From a virus (taxonomy: Duplodnaviria; Caudoviricetes): DNA of 64,000 nucleotides. Shown piece by piece: positions 8,571 to 16,589 of this stretch. The notes beneath the pieces are model-generated. The model did no database searches, was not told where the DNA came from, and was given only the letters and a program-made list of their open reading frames with translations. Each line of letters starts with the position of its first letter. Within the stretch, counting starts at the first letter, position 1. The translations under genes were made by a program, and so were the position numbers. Where the stretch lies: positions 1 to 64,000 of the IMG/VR virus record IMGVR_UViG_3300032272_000006, one strand, 5' to 3'.

Positions 8571-8975
8571 ATGACTCGTGACGACGTAGTAGCCGGATTC
8601 GACGCGCTCCTGGAAACAGAGCGCGCTGATGCGTTTAAACAAGGCCGAAGCAAAGGCAGTCAGGATGCTGCTCAGCATGTTCAAAGCGAACTCGCCAAGA
8701 AGAAGTTTGAGCTGATCGACCAAGGCAAAGCACAAGGCCTCAACGAGGCGCAGCCCCTTATCGACGCCGCTCGAGAGGCGGGACGTGTCCAAGGCGTCGA
8801 GGACGGTCGTCAAAGTGCAGAGATGACCGCAGACAAGGTAGCGATGCGGCAGGCTTATAACGAAGGCAAGCAAGCTGGGTACCAAGACGGCTTCAAGATC
8901 GGCCGTGGTGAAGGTTACCGTGCTGGCTGGAACGACGCGGTCAACTCGCCGCCCAGTTCTCACAAACCCAAGTAG
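8571..8975 (+). CDS. GxxxG-repeat helical protein
   Basis: Repeats such as YNEGKQAGYQDGFKIGRGEGYRAG. Confidence 0.7.
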   Translation: MTRDDVVAGFDALLETERADAFKQGRSKGSQDAAQHVQSELAKKKFELIDQGKAQGLNEAQPLIDAAREAGRVQGVEDGRQSAEMTADKVAMRQAYNEGKQAGYQDGFKIGRGEGYRAGWNDAVNSPPSSHKPK

Positions 8976-8982
8976 GACCCTA

Positions 8983-9126
8983 ATGGCTAAGAAATCAGAA
9001 GCAAGCGTAGCGGGTCCCAATCCGAAGAATCGGCATCGCCGCACGTCGGTTGGGAACTCACCGAACACCCGCCCGACGAACAAGAGCAAGCGGCGCACGT
9101 TTAAACGCAGTCGTGGTCAAGGGTAA
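8983..9126 (+). CDS. Small basic protein
   Basis: ATG 8983 after TAGGA; K/R-rich, ends KRSRGQG as in small basic phage proteins. Confidence 0.65.
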   Translation: MAKKSEASVAGPNPKNRHRRTSVGNSPNTRPTNKSKRRTFKRSRGQG

Positions 9127-9137
9127 TATACGGTAAT

Positions 9138-9287
9138 CCGCATAAACTCGAGTTATGCGGTAACTCGTATAAGCGACTTGATTGTTGAAGGTTCGCTCCT
9201 TCATTTGGCATTGAACCTCTGAACGCTCCAATCCATAATCGCTAGTTCATCACAGGCGCCCGCCGCGGCGCCTTTTTCAATGCCAAA
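9138..9287 (+). promoter_or_regulatory. Structured leader upstream of nrdJ
   Basis: Hairpins 9138-9160 and 9186-9203; perfect 12-bp IR 9204-9215/9276-9287 enclosing GC hairpin plus T-run. Confidence 0.5.
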
Positions 9288-9302
9288 GAAACGGAGCTAC
9301 CA

Positions 9303-11024
9303 ATGTCCTACGGTCCCATCAATCCTGTCGCCATGTTCGAGCACGATGCCAAATACTGCCACGATGGGGAGATGTTCCTGGATCAATGCAATCGAGTGTC
9401 TGGAGCCTTAGCGGATAGCGAGGAGCATCGGCGAGACATACGAATGAGTATGCTGCACCAGTGCTTCTTGTTCGCAGGACGCATCCAACGGGCAGTCGGG
9501 TCGCCTTTACGAGTGACACCTTATAACTGCTTTGTATCCGGCCGCGTCGAGGACGATTCCGAGATCATCTTTGACCGTGTCAAGCAAGCATTTATGACGA
9601 TGCGCACAGGCGGCGGCATTGGCTACGATTTCTCGGAGCTCCGACCGCTCGGCGCAAACATCAAGTCAGTAAACAGCGGCTCCTCGGGAGCCGTTTCCTT
9701 TATGAAGCCATTTGACGCAACCTGCGCCGTCTCACGATCAGCAGGCGGGCGACGTGGTGCAATGATGGCGGTCCTCCGTGCTGATCACCCGGACATCGAG
9801 GACTATATCAAGATCAAGCAAAACCTCACCGAACTCACCAACTTCAACACCTCAATTGGCATACCGGACTCGTTCATGGAAGCCGTAATGCAATCCGAGA
9901 TGTATGATCTCGTCCACGAAGGCACCGTCTACAAGCAAGTCGATGCGCCGGCCTTGTTCAATTCGATGATGCGGGCAACGTGGGACTGGGCAGAGCCTGG
10001 CGTGCTGTTCCTAGACACCATCAACCGCATGAACAATCTCTACTACTGCGAGACAATCGCCGCAACGAACCCTTGCGCGGAACAGCCCCTACCTCCTTTC
10101 GGTGCGTGCCTGCTCGGGTCTGTGAACTGGACCCCATACGTTCGCGAGAATGGACGCCGGTTCATTGACTTTGAAGCGATGAAGGCCGACATTCCAGGTG
10201 CCGTCCGTGCACTCGACAACGTTATTGACCAGGCGATCTATCCTCTACCCGAACAGGAGGCCGAGGCGAAGAATAAGCGTCGGATGGGCATCGGAGTAAC
10301 GGGCGTAGCGAACGCAGTCGAGGCTCTTGGGTATGAGTACGGGTCAGACGCCTTCATCGGGACGCTACGCGAAGGGCTGACGATTCTACGGGACGAAACG
10401 TACCGAGCGAGCATCCGTCTTGCAGAGGAAAAAGGTTCCTTCCCACTTTTCGACCGCGAACAGTACCTGGATGGGTATTTCGTCGCAACACTGCCCGAAG
10501 ATATCCGGGACGGCATCGCGAAGCACGGCATCCGCAACTCACACCTTACTTCCATCGCACCGACGGGCACAATTTCCTTGACAGCGGACAACATCTCATC
10601 CGGCATCGAGCCGGTTTTCTCGCTGCGGCAGAAGCGCGAGATCATCAACCCGGACGCTATCACGAGCCGAATGGTCGACCTCATTGACTACGGTCTTGCC
10701 AAATGGGGCACCGAGGCACGATGCGCCGACGACCTGACGCCTGAGGAGCATGTAGACGTGCTGTGCCATGCTCAGGAGTTCGTCGATTCCGCGATCTCGA
10801 AGACGTGCAACGTTGGTGAAGACGTGACGTTCGACCGCTTCAAGGATCTCTACATGCGCGCCTACAAAGGCGGGGCTAAGGGCTGCACGACGTTCCGGGC
10901 GGCGGGCAAGCGGTTCGGCGTGATCACGAAAGTAGAAGAAGGTTCCAATTCGTTTGGTGAGTCGACAATCGGCGGTGAAGCATGCTACATTGATCCGGCT
11001 ACTGGAAGCAAAACATGCGAATAG
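9303..11024 (+). CDS. nrdJ: Class II (adenosylcobalamin-dependent) ribonucleotide reductase
   Basis: PYNC, GGGIG, ATNPCAEQ, SIAPTGTIS, KGCTTFR motifs; no class I small subunit in window. Confidence 0.92.
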   Translation: MSYGPINPVAMFEHDAKYCHDGEMFLDQCNRVSGALADSEEHRRDIRMSMLHQCFLFAGRIQRAVGSPLRVTPYNCFVSGRVEDDSEIIFDRVKQAFMTMRTGGGIGYDFSELRPLGANIKSVNSGSSGAVSFMKPFDATCAVSRSAGGRRGAMMAVLRADHPDIEDYIKIKQNLTELTNFNTSIGIPDSFMEAVMQSEMYDLVHEGTVYKQVDAPALFNSMMRATWDWAEPGVLFLDTINRMNNLYYCETIAATNPCAEQPLPPFGACLLGSVNWTPYVRENGRRFIDFEAMKADIPGAVRALDNVIDQAIYPLPEQEAEAKNKRRMGIGVTGVANAVEALGYEYGSDAFIGTLREGLTILRDETYRASIRLAEEKGSFPLFDREQYLDGYFVATLPEDIRDGIAKHGIRNSHLTSIAPTGTISLTADNISSGIEPVFSLRQKREIINPDAITSRMVDLIDYGLAKWGTEARCADDLTPEEHVDVLCHAQEFVDSAISKTCNVGEDVTFDRFKDLYMRAYKGGAKGCTTFRAAGKRFGVITKVEEGSNSFGESTIGGEACYIDPATGSKTCE

Positions 11025-11033
11025 GAGGCCGTT

Positions 11034-11399
11034 ATGAGGTACCTCGCAGCATTACTGATCAGCATTTTCTTTTCGACCGCGGCAATCGCGACACAGCCCC
11101 AACCCGGGCAGATGGCCCTTCTAGGTGCATGGTGCGCGACGGCGGACGAGGTACGCGAGGCAATCGCGACGGGCGACGACGGCAACGCTTACTTACAACT
11201 CCTTAAGGATCCAAGCAACGGCTGCTTCGACGTTCAAGTGGCGACCCGAATGGGTATTGCCTCCATGCCCATCTACGCTCAAATACTAGAGGTCGTGGGA
11301 ACTGTCGAGCAAGGTAAGTACATCGTCACCATCTTGAAGGTGGGCACGGACGAGGGATTGCGCTACACTTGGCACGTTGAAGAAGCGCAGAATGCCTGA
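11034..11399 (+). CDS. Exported hypothetical protein
   Basis: Signal-peptide-like N-terminus, Cys pair. Confidence 0.7.
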   Translation: MRYLAALLISIFFSTAAIATQPQPGQMALLGAWCATADEVREAIATGDDGNAYLQLLKDPSNGCFDVQVATRMGIASMPIYAQILEVVGTVEQGKYIVTILKVGTDEGLRYTWHVEEAQNA

Positions 11400-13182
11400 A
11401 CCGTTAAATGAGATCCTGAACAACTTTCAGGTCGCTCAACAGATTCGATGGGTTCGAGTCGCGAACAAGAACGCGGCTGAGATCACCAAGCGAATGGAGC
11501 GCCTCGACGAGGAACTGAGGGCGTTTCTCAGCAGGCAGGACCTGACCGAGTTCACGCGGGCCCGATCCATCGGCATCAAGCGCCAAGTAAAGGATATCTT
11601 CGACTCCTTCTACAAGGCGGAAATCACCCCGCTCCTCGACGGCCTAGCCAAAGACATGGCGGCTGACTCATTGAATATCGAACGCGAGGCACTGTCCCGC
11701 GGCCTCGATAAGTCGGGCATGTTCCAGAACACTTTCGGGCGCGTCAAGAACGCGACGAAGATTCCGGGCGCTCTTGCACGTTCAGACAGGATCAAATTGA
11801 CCGAGGCACTAGCTGACGATCTCGTTGCTGCTGTGAAGGAATTCCAGTCGGGCCTATTCCGATCAGAGGTGGGCGGGTTCACGTCGATCCAGAATTTCCT
11901 CCGCACGGGATCAACGAGAACCTTGGGTAACGTGCACTCGGAGGCCAAGCTCCAAGATTTCATCAAGCGCATTGACAAAGCATTCCAATCCTCTCGCCTG
12001 CAGGCTGACTCGCTCGTCTTTCGAGGCATCAACGGTGTTGACGTGTTCGGGGCCGATCTCAAGGACCTAAAGGTTGGCTTTGAATGGACGGAGAAGGGCT
12101 TTGTCTCAACGTCGTCCCAAGAAAGCGTTGTCAAGCGGAAGTTCCTGAACGCGCTCAACCGCGGTGATAAGCCGGTCATGATGAAGATCAAGGTGCCGAA
12201 GGGTGCACCAGTCATGAACATGGACGCGGTCGCGGGTGCGATCAAAGAGAGCGAGGTTATGATCGCTCGAGGTATGCGCTACCGGATCGTTTCCGTCCGC
12301 GGCAACGTCGTCGAGGTAGAGCTTGTTCCAGCAGTAGACAAGCCGCCGGCAGTACCCTCACAAGGACGCGCTGGCGGCATACGAGTCAACCTTGACGTGA
12401 TCACACCCAACCCAGGTGTTGTTGCCACCTCAGCATCCTCTATGCCGTTCAACGGATTCCCACTCAACGAATGGATCCAGGGAATGAACGCTGCCGACTT
12501 CAATCGAACGTGGTCGACGGTACAGGACGGTATGATCCAAGGCCGAACGAACCAGGAGATCCTTGCCGACGTGCTCGGGACCCCAGGCGCACGGTTCAAG
12601 GATGGGGCTCGCAACATGACGCGCAACGGAGCGAAGACGCTCGTGCGCACGCTGACCAACCATGCCGCATCCCAAGGCCGTCAGGCCGTATGGGAGGAGA
12701 ACGAAGACATCGTCCGGGCGGTGCAGTGGGTCGCAACACTCGACACGCGCACGAGCCCTGTCTGTCGCGAACGAGATGGACGAGTCGGGCCCGTCACGCG
12801 AGGAGACGAGGACTTCACATTGAAGGCCGGCGAGAAGCTGCTCAATCCACCGATGGCTCGACCGCCTGCGCATCCTAACTGCCGGTCGACCACTGTCGCC
12901 GTCACGAAGACATTCCGGGAGATGGGTTTCGACGTTGACGACTTCACAGCCGAGACGCGAGCGTCGATGGATGGCAAGGTGTCGTCTGATCTGACTTACC
13001 ACGAGTGGTTGAAGAAACAGTCGAACGCAACGCAGTTGGACGCCCTTGGTCGGAAACGCTTCGACCTATGGAAAGAAGGAGGCGTTGCTCCAGAGCGGTT
13101 CATCAACGACGAAGGCAGACAGTTTACTCTTGACGAACTGAAACGAAAGATGCCAGATGCTTTTAGCGACGCCGGGCTCTGA
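11392..13182 (+). CDS. Head morphogenesis protein (MuF/SPP1 gp7-like) with internal ADP-ribosyltransferase domain
   Basis: MuF motifs WVATLDTRTSPVC and PPAHPNCRS; R-S-E ART motifs VFRG, FVSTS, KESEV at about 11.7-12.4 kb. Confidence 0.88.
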   Translation: MPEPLNEILNNFQVAQQIRWVRVANKNAAEITKRMERLDEELRAFLSRQDLTEFTRARSIGIKRQVKDIFDSFYKAEITPLLDGLAKDMAADSLNIEREALSRGLDKSGMFQNTFGRVKNATKIPGALARSDRIKLTEALADDLVAAVKEFQSGLFRSEVGGFTSIQNFLRTGSTRTLGNVHSEAKLQDFIKRIDKAFQSSRLQADSLVFRGINGVDVFGADLKDLKVGFEWTEKGFVSTSSQESVVKRKFLNALNRGDKPVMMKIKVPKGAPVMNMDAVAGAIKESEVMIARGMRYRIVSVRGNVVEVELVPAVDKPPAVPSQGRAGGIRVNLDVITPNPGVVATSASSMPFNGFPLNEWIQGMNAADFNRTWSTVQDGMIQGRTNQEILADVLGTPGARFKDGARNMTRNGAKTLVRTLTNHAASQGRQAVWEENEDIVRAVQWVATLDTRTSPVCRERDGRVGPVTRGDEDFTLKAGEKLLNPPMARPPAHPNCRSTTVAVTKTFREMGFDVDDFTAETRASMDGKVSSDLTYHEWLKKQSNATQLDALGRKRFDLWKEGGVAPERFINDEGRQFTLDELKRKMPDAFSDAGL

Positions 13183-13193
13183 TGGGTTTAGGT

Positions 13194-13266
13194 GTGGCCG
13201 AGCGCAATGCAGTGAGCGGCCAGATTGTGGATCTGGTGTTATCGGGTGCAGATCCCGACGGTCACC
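13194..13266 (+). tRNA. tRNA-His(GTG)-like cloverleaf, degenerate, no encoded CCA
   Basis: GTGGCCG/CGGTCAC acceptor, CGC/GCG D stem, CCAGA-TTGTGGA-TCTGG anticodon arm, TCGGG-TGCAGAT-CCCGA T arm, C73. Confidence 0.7.
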
Positions 13267-13288
13267 CCTAAGCCCATTGGAGGAATAA

Positions 13289-13744
13289 ATGAGTTTCACG
13301 CTAGGACGGCACTCGAAGAACGAACTAGTCGGCGTTCACCCAGACCTCGTCGTGGTTGTCAATAGAGCAATCGAGGTAACCTTGGTCGACTTCACCGTCT
13401 ACGACGGCCTGCGAACAGAGGCCGAGCAGCGCGAGTACGTGCGCACAGGCGCGAGCAGAACGCTTCATTCTCGACACCTCAAGCAGAAAGACGGCTTCGG
13501 ACACGCGGTCGACCTTGTGCCGTGGGTCAATGGCAAGCTGCGCTGGGAGATGCCCCTCTGCATCGCAATCGCTCGTGCGATGGCAAAGGCGTCCGACGAG
13601 AAAGGTGTTACTCTGATCTGGGGAGGCGGCTGGTCACGTCTCGGTGACGACGATCCTTCTCATATGGTCGAGGCATACGCCGAGCGGAAGCGCCAGATTG
13701 GCGAGCCCGCGTTCTACGATGGTCCACATTTTCAACTCGCATGA
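13289..13744 (+). CDS. Endolysin, M15-family (L-Ala-D-Glu-type) peptidase
   Basis: GLRT..EQ, SRHL...GHAVDL, DGPHFQL zinc-peptidase motifs. Confidence 0.88.
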   Translation: MSFTLGRHSKNELVGVHPDLVVVVNRAIEVTLVDFTVYDGLRTEAEQREYVRTGASRTLHSRHLKQKDGFGHAVDLVPWVNGKLRWEMPLCIAIARAMAKASDEKGVTLIWGGGWSRLGDDDPSHMVEAYAERKRQIGEPAFYDGPHFQLA

Positions 13745-13810
13745 GGGAAAACTGCGCTCGACACAACCGAGGAAACTGGCTACCTTGATTGCATCACAAG
13801 GAGGACGTTT

Positions 13811-14560
13811 ATGCCGGAGTCGCAGCAGAAGAAAAGACAGAAGAAGCGCATCGTTGAAAGCACCCGGGAGAAGATCGAACCGCTAAACAAACACCAAGCC
13901 ATCTACCTCGACATGCTCAAAGAGGCAGAGTGTGTTGCCGCCATCGGGCCCGCTGGAACGGGGAAGACATTTCTCGCCTGCTCACACGCCGCCCACCTTC
14001 TTGCGACACGCAAGACAGAAAAAATCCTCCTCACCCGTCCGACGATTGGCGTAGCCAATAGGACCCTCGGCTTCCTGCCCGGGCGCATCGAGCAAAAGAT
14101 GGAGCCATGGGCCCGTCCACTCGTCGATGCGTTTAAACGCATCCTAGGCGGGAACCAAGTCACGAACCTCCTTGCCAATAAGACAATCGAAGTCGGGGCC
14201 CTCGAGCATATGCGCGGGTTGACTTTCGACGATGCGGTGATGATCATTGACGAGGGCCAGAACACTTCCGTCCTCGAGATGAAGGCTTTTCTCACTCGAA
14301 TTGGAGCCAGATCCCGGGTCGTGGTATGCGGCGACGTAAGTCAGTCCGATCTTGGCGGCGAGAATGGGCTCTCCGCGGTCGTGGCTTCGATTAAGAAGGG
14401 ATTGGTACCAAGCGCCCAGTTAATGGAGTTCGATCACGACGACGTAGTTCGCTCGGAGCTGTGCGCACAGTGGGCGCGAGCATTTGACGTACTCGCGCTA
14501 CCGTCGATTGTTCAACCGGGAGTTCGTGGGACGCCGAGACGCAGTCAGGCGATGCCGTAG
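13811..14560 (+). CDS. phoH: PhoH-family ATPase
   Basis: GPAGTGKT, LGFLPG, HMRGLTF, IDEGQN, GDVSQSD. Confidence 0.95.
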   Translation: MPESQQKKRQKKRIVESTREKIEPLNKHQAIYLDMLKEAECVAAIGPAGTGKTFLACSHAAHLLATRKTEKILLTRPTIGVANRTLGFLPGRIEQKMEPWARPLVDAFKRILGGNQVTNLLANKTIEVGALEHMRGLTFDDAVMIIDEGQNTSVLEMKAFLTRIGARSRVVVCGDVSQSDLGGENGLSAVVASIKKGLVPSAQLMEFDHDDVVRSELCAQWARAFDVLALPSIVQPGVRGTPRRSQAMP

Positions 14561-14772
14561 TCCTTCGCAAGCTTGGCCTCGAGCCATGAGAGATCTATTT
14601 CCGCCTGGGCGCACCAGAAACGTCTCGACCGCATCCACTCACCGTTGGTCGCGGTAAGGAACTGCAGGGCCTCTCGCTTTATCATCTCGCGTTCTGAACC
14701 GCCACCCGCTAACTGCGCATCGAGTATAGCACGCTCGATGACCGCAAGGGCTAAGGTTCGGTCGACACTCAC
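14545..14772 (-). CDS. Hypothetical protein
   Basis: Last ORF of minus-strand cassette. Confidence 0.6.
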   Translation of the reverse strand: MSVDRTLALAVIERAILDAQLAGGGSEREMIKREALQFLTATNGEWMRSRRFWCAQAEIDLSWLEAKLAKDYGIA

Positions 14773-14912
14773 CGTCCGAGCGATGCAACGCGGTCAAAGC
14801 TCTCGTTGACCTGATGAAGGTCAGCAGACACCTGGCCGATGGTCGCCTGGATCGAAGGCAGGTAGTAGCTCGCGAAGAAGGCTACCATGACAACTGCAAT
14901 TCCGTACTTCAT
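14769..14912 (-). CDS. 47-aa membrane-anchored protein
   Basis: ATG 14912 after AGGAG; N-terminal hydrophobic helix. Confidence 0.6.
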   Translation of the reverse strand: MKYGIAVVMVAFFASYYLPSIQATIGQVSADLHQVNESFDRVASLGR

Positions 14913-14923
14913 TGTTCTTCTCC

Positions 14924-15121
14924 TTAGGATTTGACGACGCGCAAGGAACCAGCGTCGCCCATGGTGCAATCGGAGCCCTTGGCGAGTGAGGCACGAGCGA
15001 CGTCCAAGTCCCAATCTTCCCAGGACAGGATAGTCGCGCCACGCTCGACGGCCGCTTTCTTCGTGGGGAAACGTTCGACGAAAGCGTCCGCGTCGTCAGG
15101 GGCTCCGATTAAATTCCACAT
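14924..15121 (-). CDS. Hypothetical early protein
   Basis: GGAG RBS within early-type leader. Confidence 0.7.
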   Translation of the reverse strand: MWNLIGAPDDADAFVERFPTKKAAVERGATILSWEDWDLDVARASLAKGSDCTMGDAGSLRVVKS

Positions 15122-15124
15122 TGT

Positions 15125-15185
15125 CGTCTCCGTTGCTTCGTTTCGATGATGCTATACTAGCACCCAGATATTAAGATACCGTTAA
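15125..15185 (-). promoter_or_regulatory. Early-type promoter with CtrA box
   Basis: TTAA-N7-TTAA at 15171-15185, then GTGCTAGTATAGCATCATCGAAAC as in the 39-42 kb promoters. Confidence 0.75.
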
Positions 15186-15187
15186 TA

Positions 15188-15460
15188 TCAGAAAGGAATA
15201 TCGTCCTCGAATATACCGGGGTTGGTGACTTCGAGGTCGGGATAGTTGTCAGCGGTGAACTCGGCTTCTTCACACCAATCGTCTTCCGGATGACGTCCAG
15301 GCTCTCCCGTATAAAAAGGATTCTTGTGCCAGACGTCTCGGTCAGTCAAAACCCACTCAACCTCGACGTTGCGCTCTCCTAGATCACGGGCCTCGGCGCG
15401 ATCCCAGTCGGCGTCGGTGGCTACGACGAAATCCGCTTCTTCCTGTTCTTGAATGTTCAT
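15188..15460 (-). CDS. Acidic hypothetical protein ending DDIPF
   Basis: AAGGA RBS; acidic C-terminal tail. Confidence 0.75.
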   Translation of the reverse strand: MNIQEQEEADFVVATDADWDRAEARDLGERNVEVEWVLTDRDVWHKNPFYTGEPGRHPEDDWCEEAEFTADNYPDLEVTNPGIFEDDIPF

Positions 15461-15489
15461 TTCTAATTCCTTGTTCCGTTGATCTGATG

Positions 15490-15519
15490 CTTATAAGTCA
15501 GTTATACCGTCCATGTCAA
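15490..15519 (-). promoter_or_regulatory. Promoter with operator-like TATAAGTCAGTTATA (15492-15506)
   Basis: TTGACA-18-TATAAG on minus strand; perfect operator TATAAGTCACTTATA nearby at 15552-15566. Confidence 0.7.
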
Positions 15520-15675
15520 TACCTAATTTGATCAGGGAAAAATGCACGAGATATAAGTCACTTATACTCAGCATGCTTGATGCCTAACCGACTTATGATC
15601 ATACTAGCCCTCGAACGTTTAAACGAGGTGGCCTCGTCTGCGTTCTAGGCAGAGCCGAAACCAAGGAGCGATAAT

Positions 15676-16491
15676 ATGCCATTGATGAAAGTGAAAGACG
15701 CCGAGGGCAATGACATTGAAGTGGATGTTCCACTCGATGCCTCAGTCCCCGAAATCAAATCACTGGTCGACGAAGCAGTAGCGGCAGCGACCAAAGGGCT
15801 TTCTTCGAACCGGGACGAAATCCTGACGGAGAAAAAAGGCCTTCAAGCGAAGTTGGACGAGCTGGGCAAGCAGTGGGAGGGATTGGATCCCGCCGTGGTC
15901 AAAAATCTCGTTGATCGAATGAACAACGACGAAGAGACCAAGCTGATTGCCGAAGGGAAGATCGACGAAGTGGTCGAAAAGCGGGTAGCCGCGATGAAGA
16001 CCGATCTCGAATCTCGCCTGGAAGCAGCGACCGAGAAGCTGGCGACGCTGGAAGGTACGAATGGGACGTTGTCCGACAAGGTGAAGAATCTCGTGATTGA
16101 CGGGATGGTGCGCCAGGCCGGCAGCGAGTTGAAACTTCTACCCACGGCGATTGAGGACGCGATTGTCCGAGCCAAGGGTCGGTTCCAACTCGACGAGAAC
16201 GACAACCCAGTGGCTCGTGACGAACATGGCACGTTGCTAATTGGTAAGGACGGCAAGAACCCGTTGAAGCCAGTCGAATGGCTCGAGGGCATGAAGGAGC
16301 AGGCACCGCATTGGTTCCCCACTCCGTCAGGTGCTGGAGCTGGTGGCGGATCGGGGTCGGGCAACGGCAACCCGTTTACTTTGTCACGCTCGGAGGCTCG
16401 GGATCCCCAGGCTTACCGGACGGCGAAGGACGCGGCTGCCAAAGCAGGTCAACCGCTGCAGATCGTCGATGACGCTGCCGCGGGAGGCTGA
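15676..16491 (+). CDS. Capsid scaffolding protein
   Basis: Coiled-coil, PHWFPTPSGAGAGGG C-terminus; directly upstream of MCP. Confidence 0.85.
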   Translation: MPLMKVKDAEGNDIEVDVPLDASVPEIKSLVDEAVAAATKGLSSNRDEILTEKKGLQAKLDELGKQWEGLDPAVVKNLVDRMNNDEETKLIAEGKIDEVVEKRVAAMKTDLESRLEAATEKLATLEGTNGTLSDKVKNLVIDGMVRQAGSELKLLPTAIEDAIVRAKGRFQLDENDNPVARDEHGTLLIGKDGKNPLKPVEWLEGMKEQAPHWFPTPSGAGAGGGSGSGNGNPFTLSRSEARDPQAYRTAKDAAAKAGQPLQIVDDAAAGG

Positions 16492-16589
16492 GGCACTCTC
16501 GAAACGTCGCCAAGGTTGCGCTCGTCGTATACTAAGGTGGCAAAAGAACCGCGCGACGAGCGCATAAACCTTGAGGAAGGACCAAGACC

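Noticed and set aside
9303-11024. Intron or intein in nrdJ, terL or helicases
   Set aside because: ORFs are continuous, of normal size, and show no intein or homing-endonuclease motifs.
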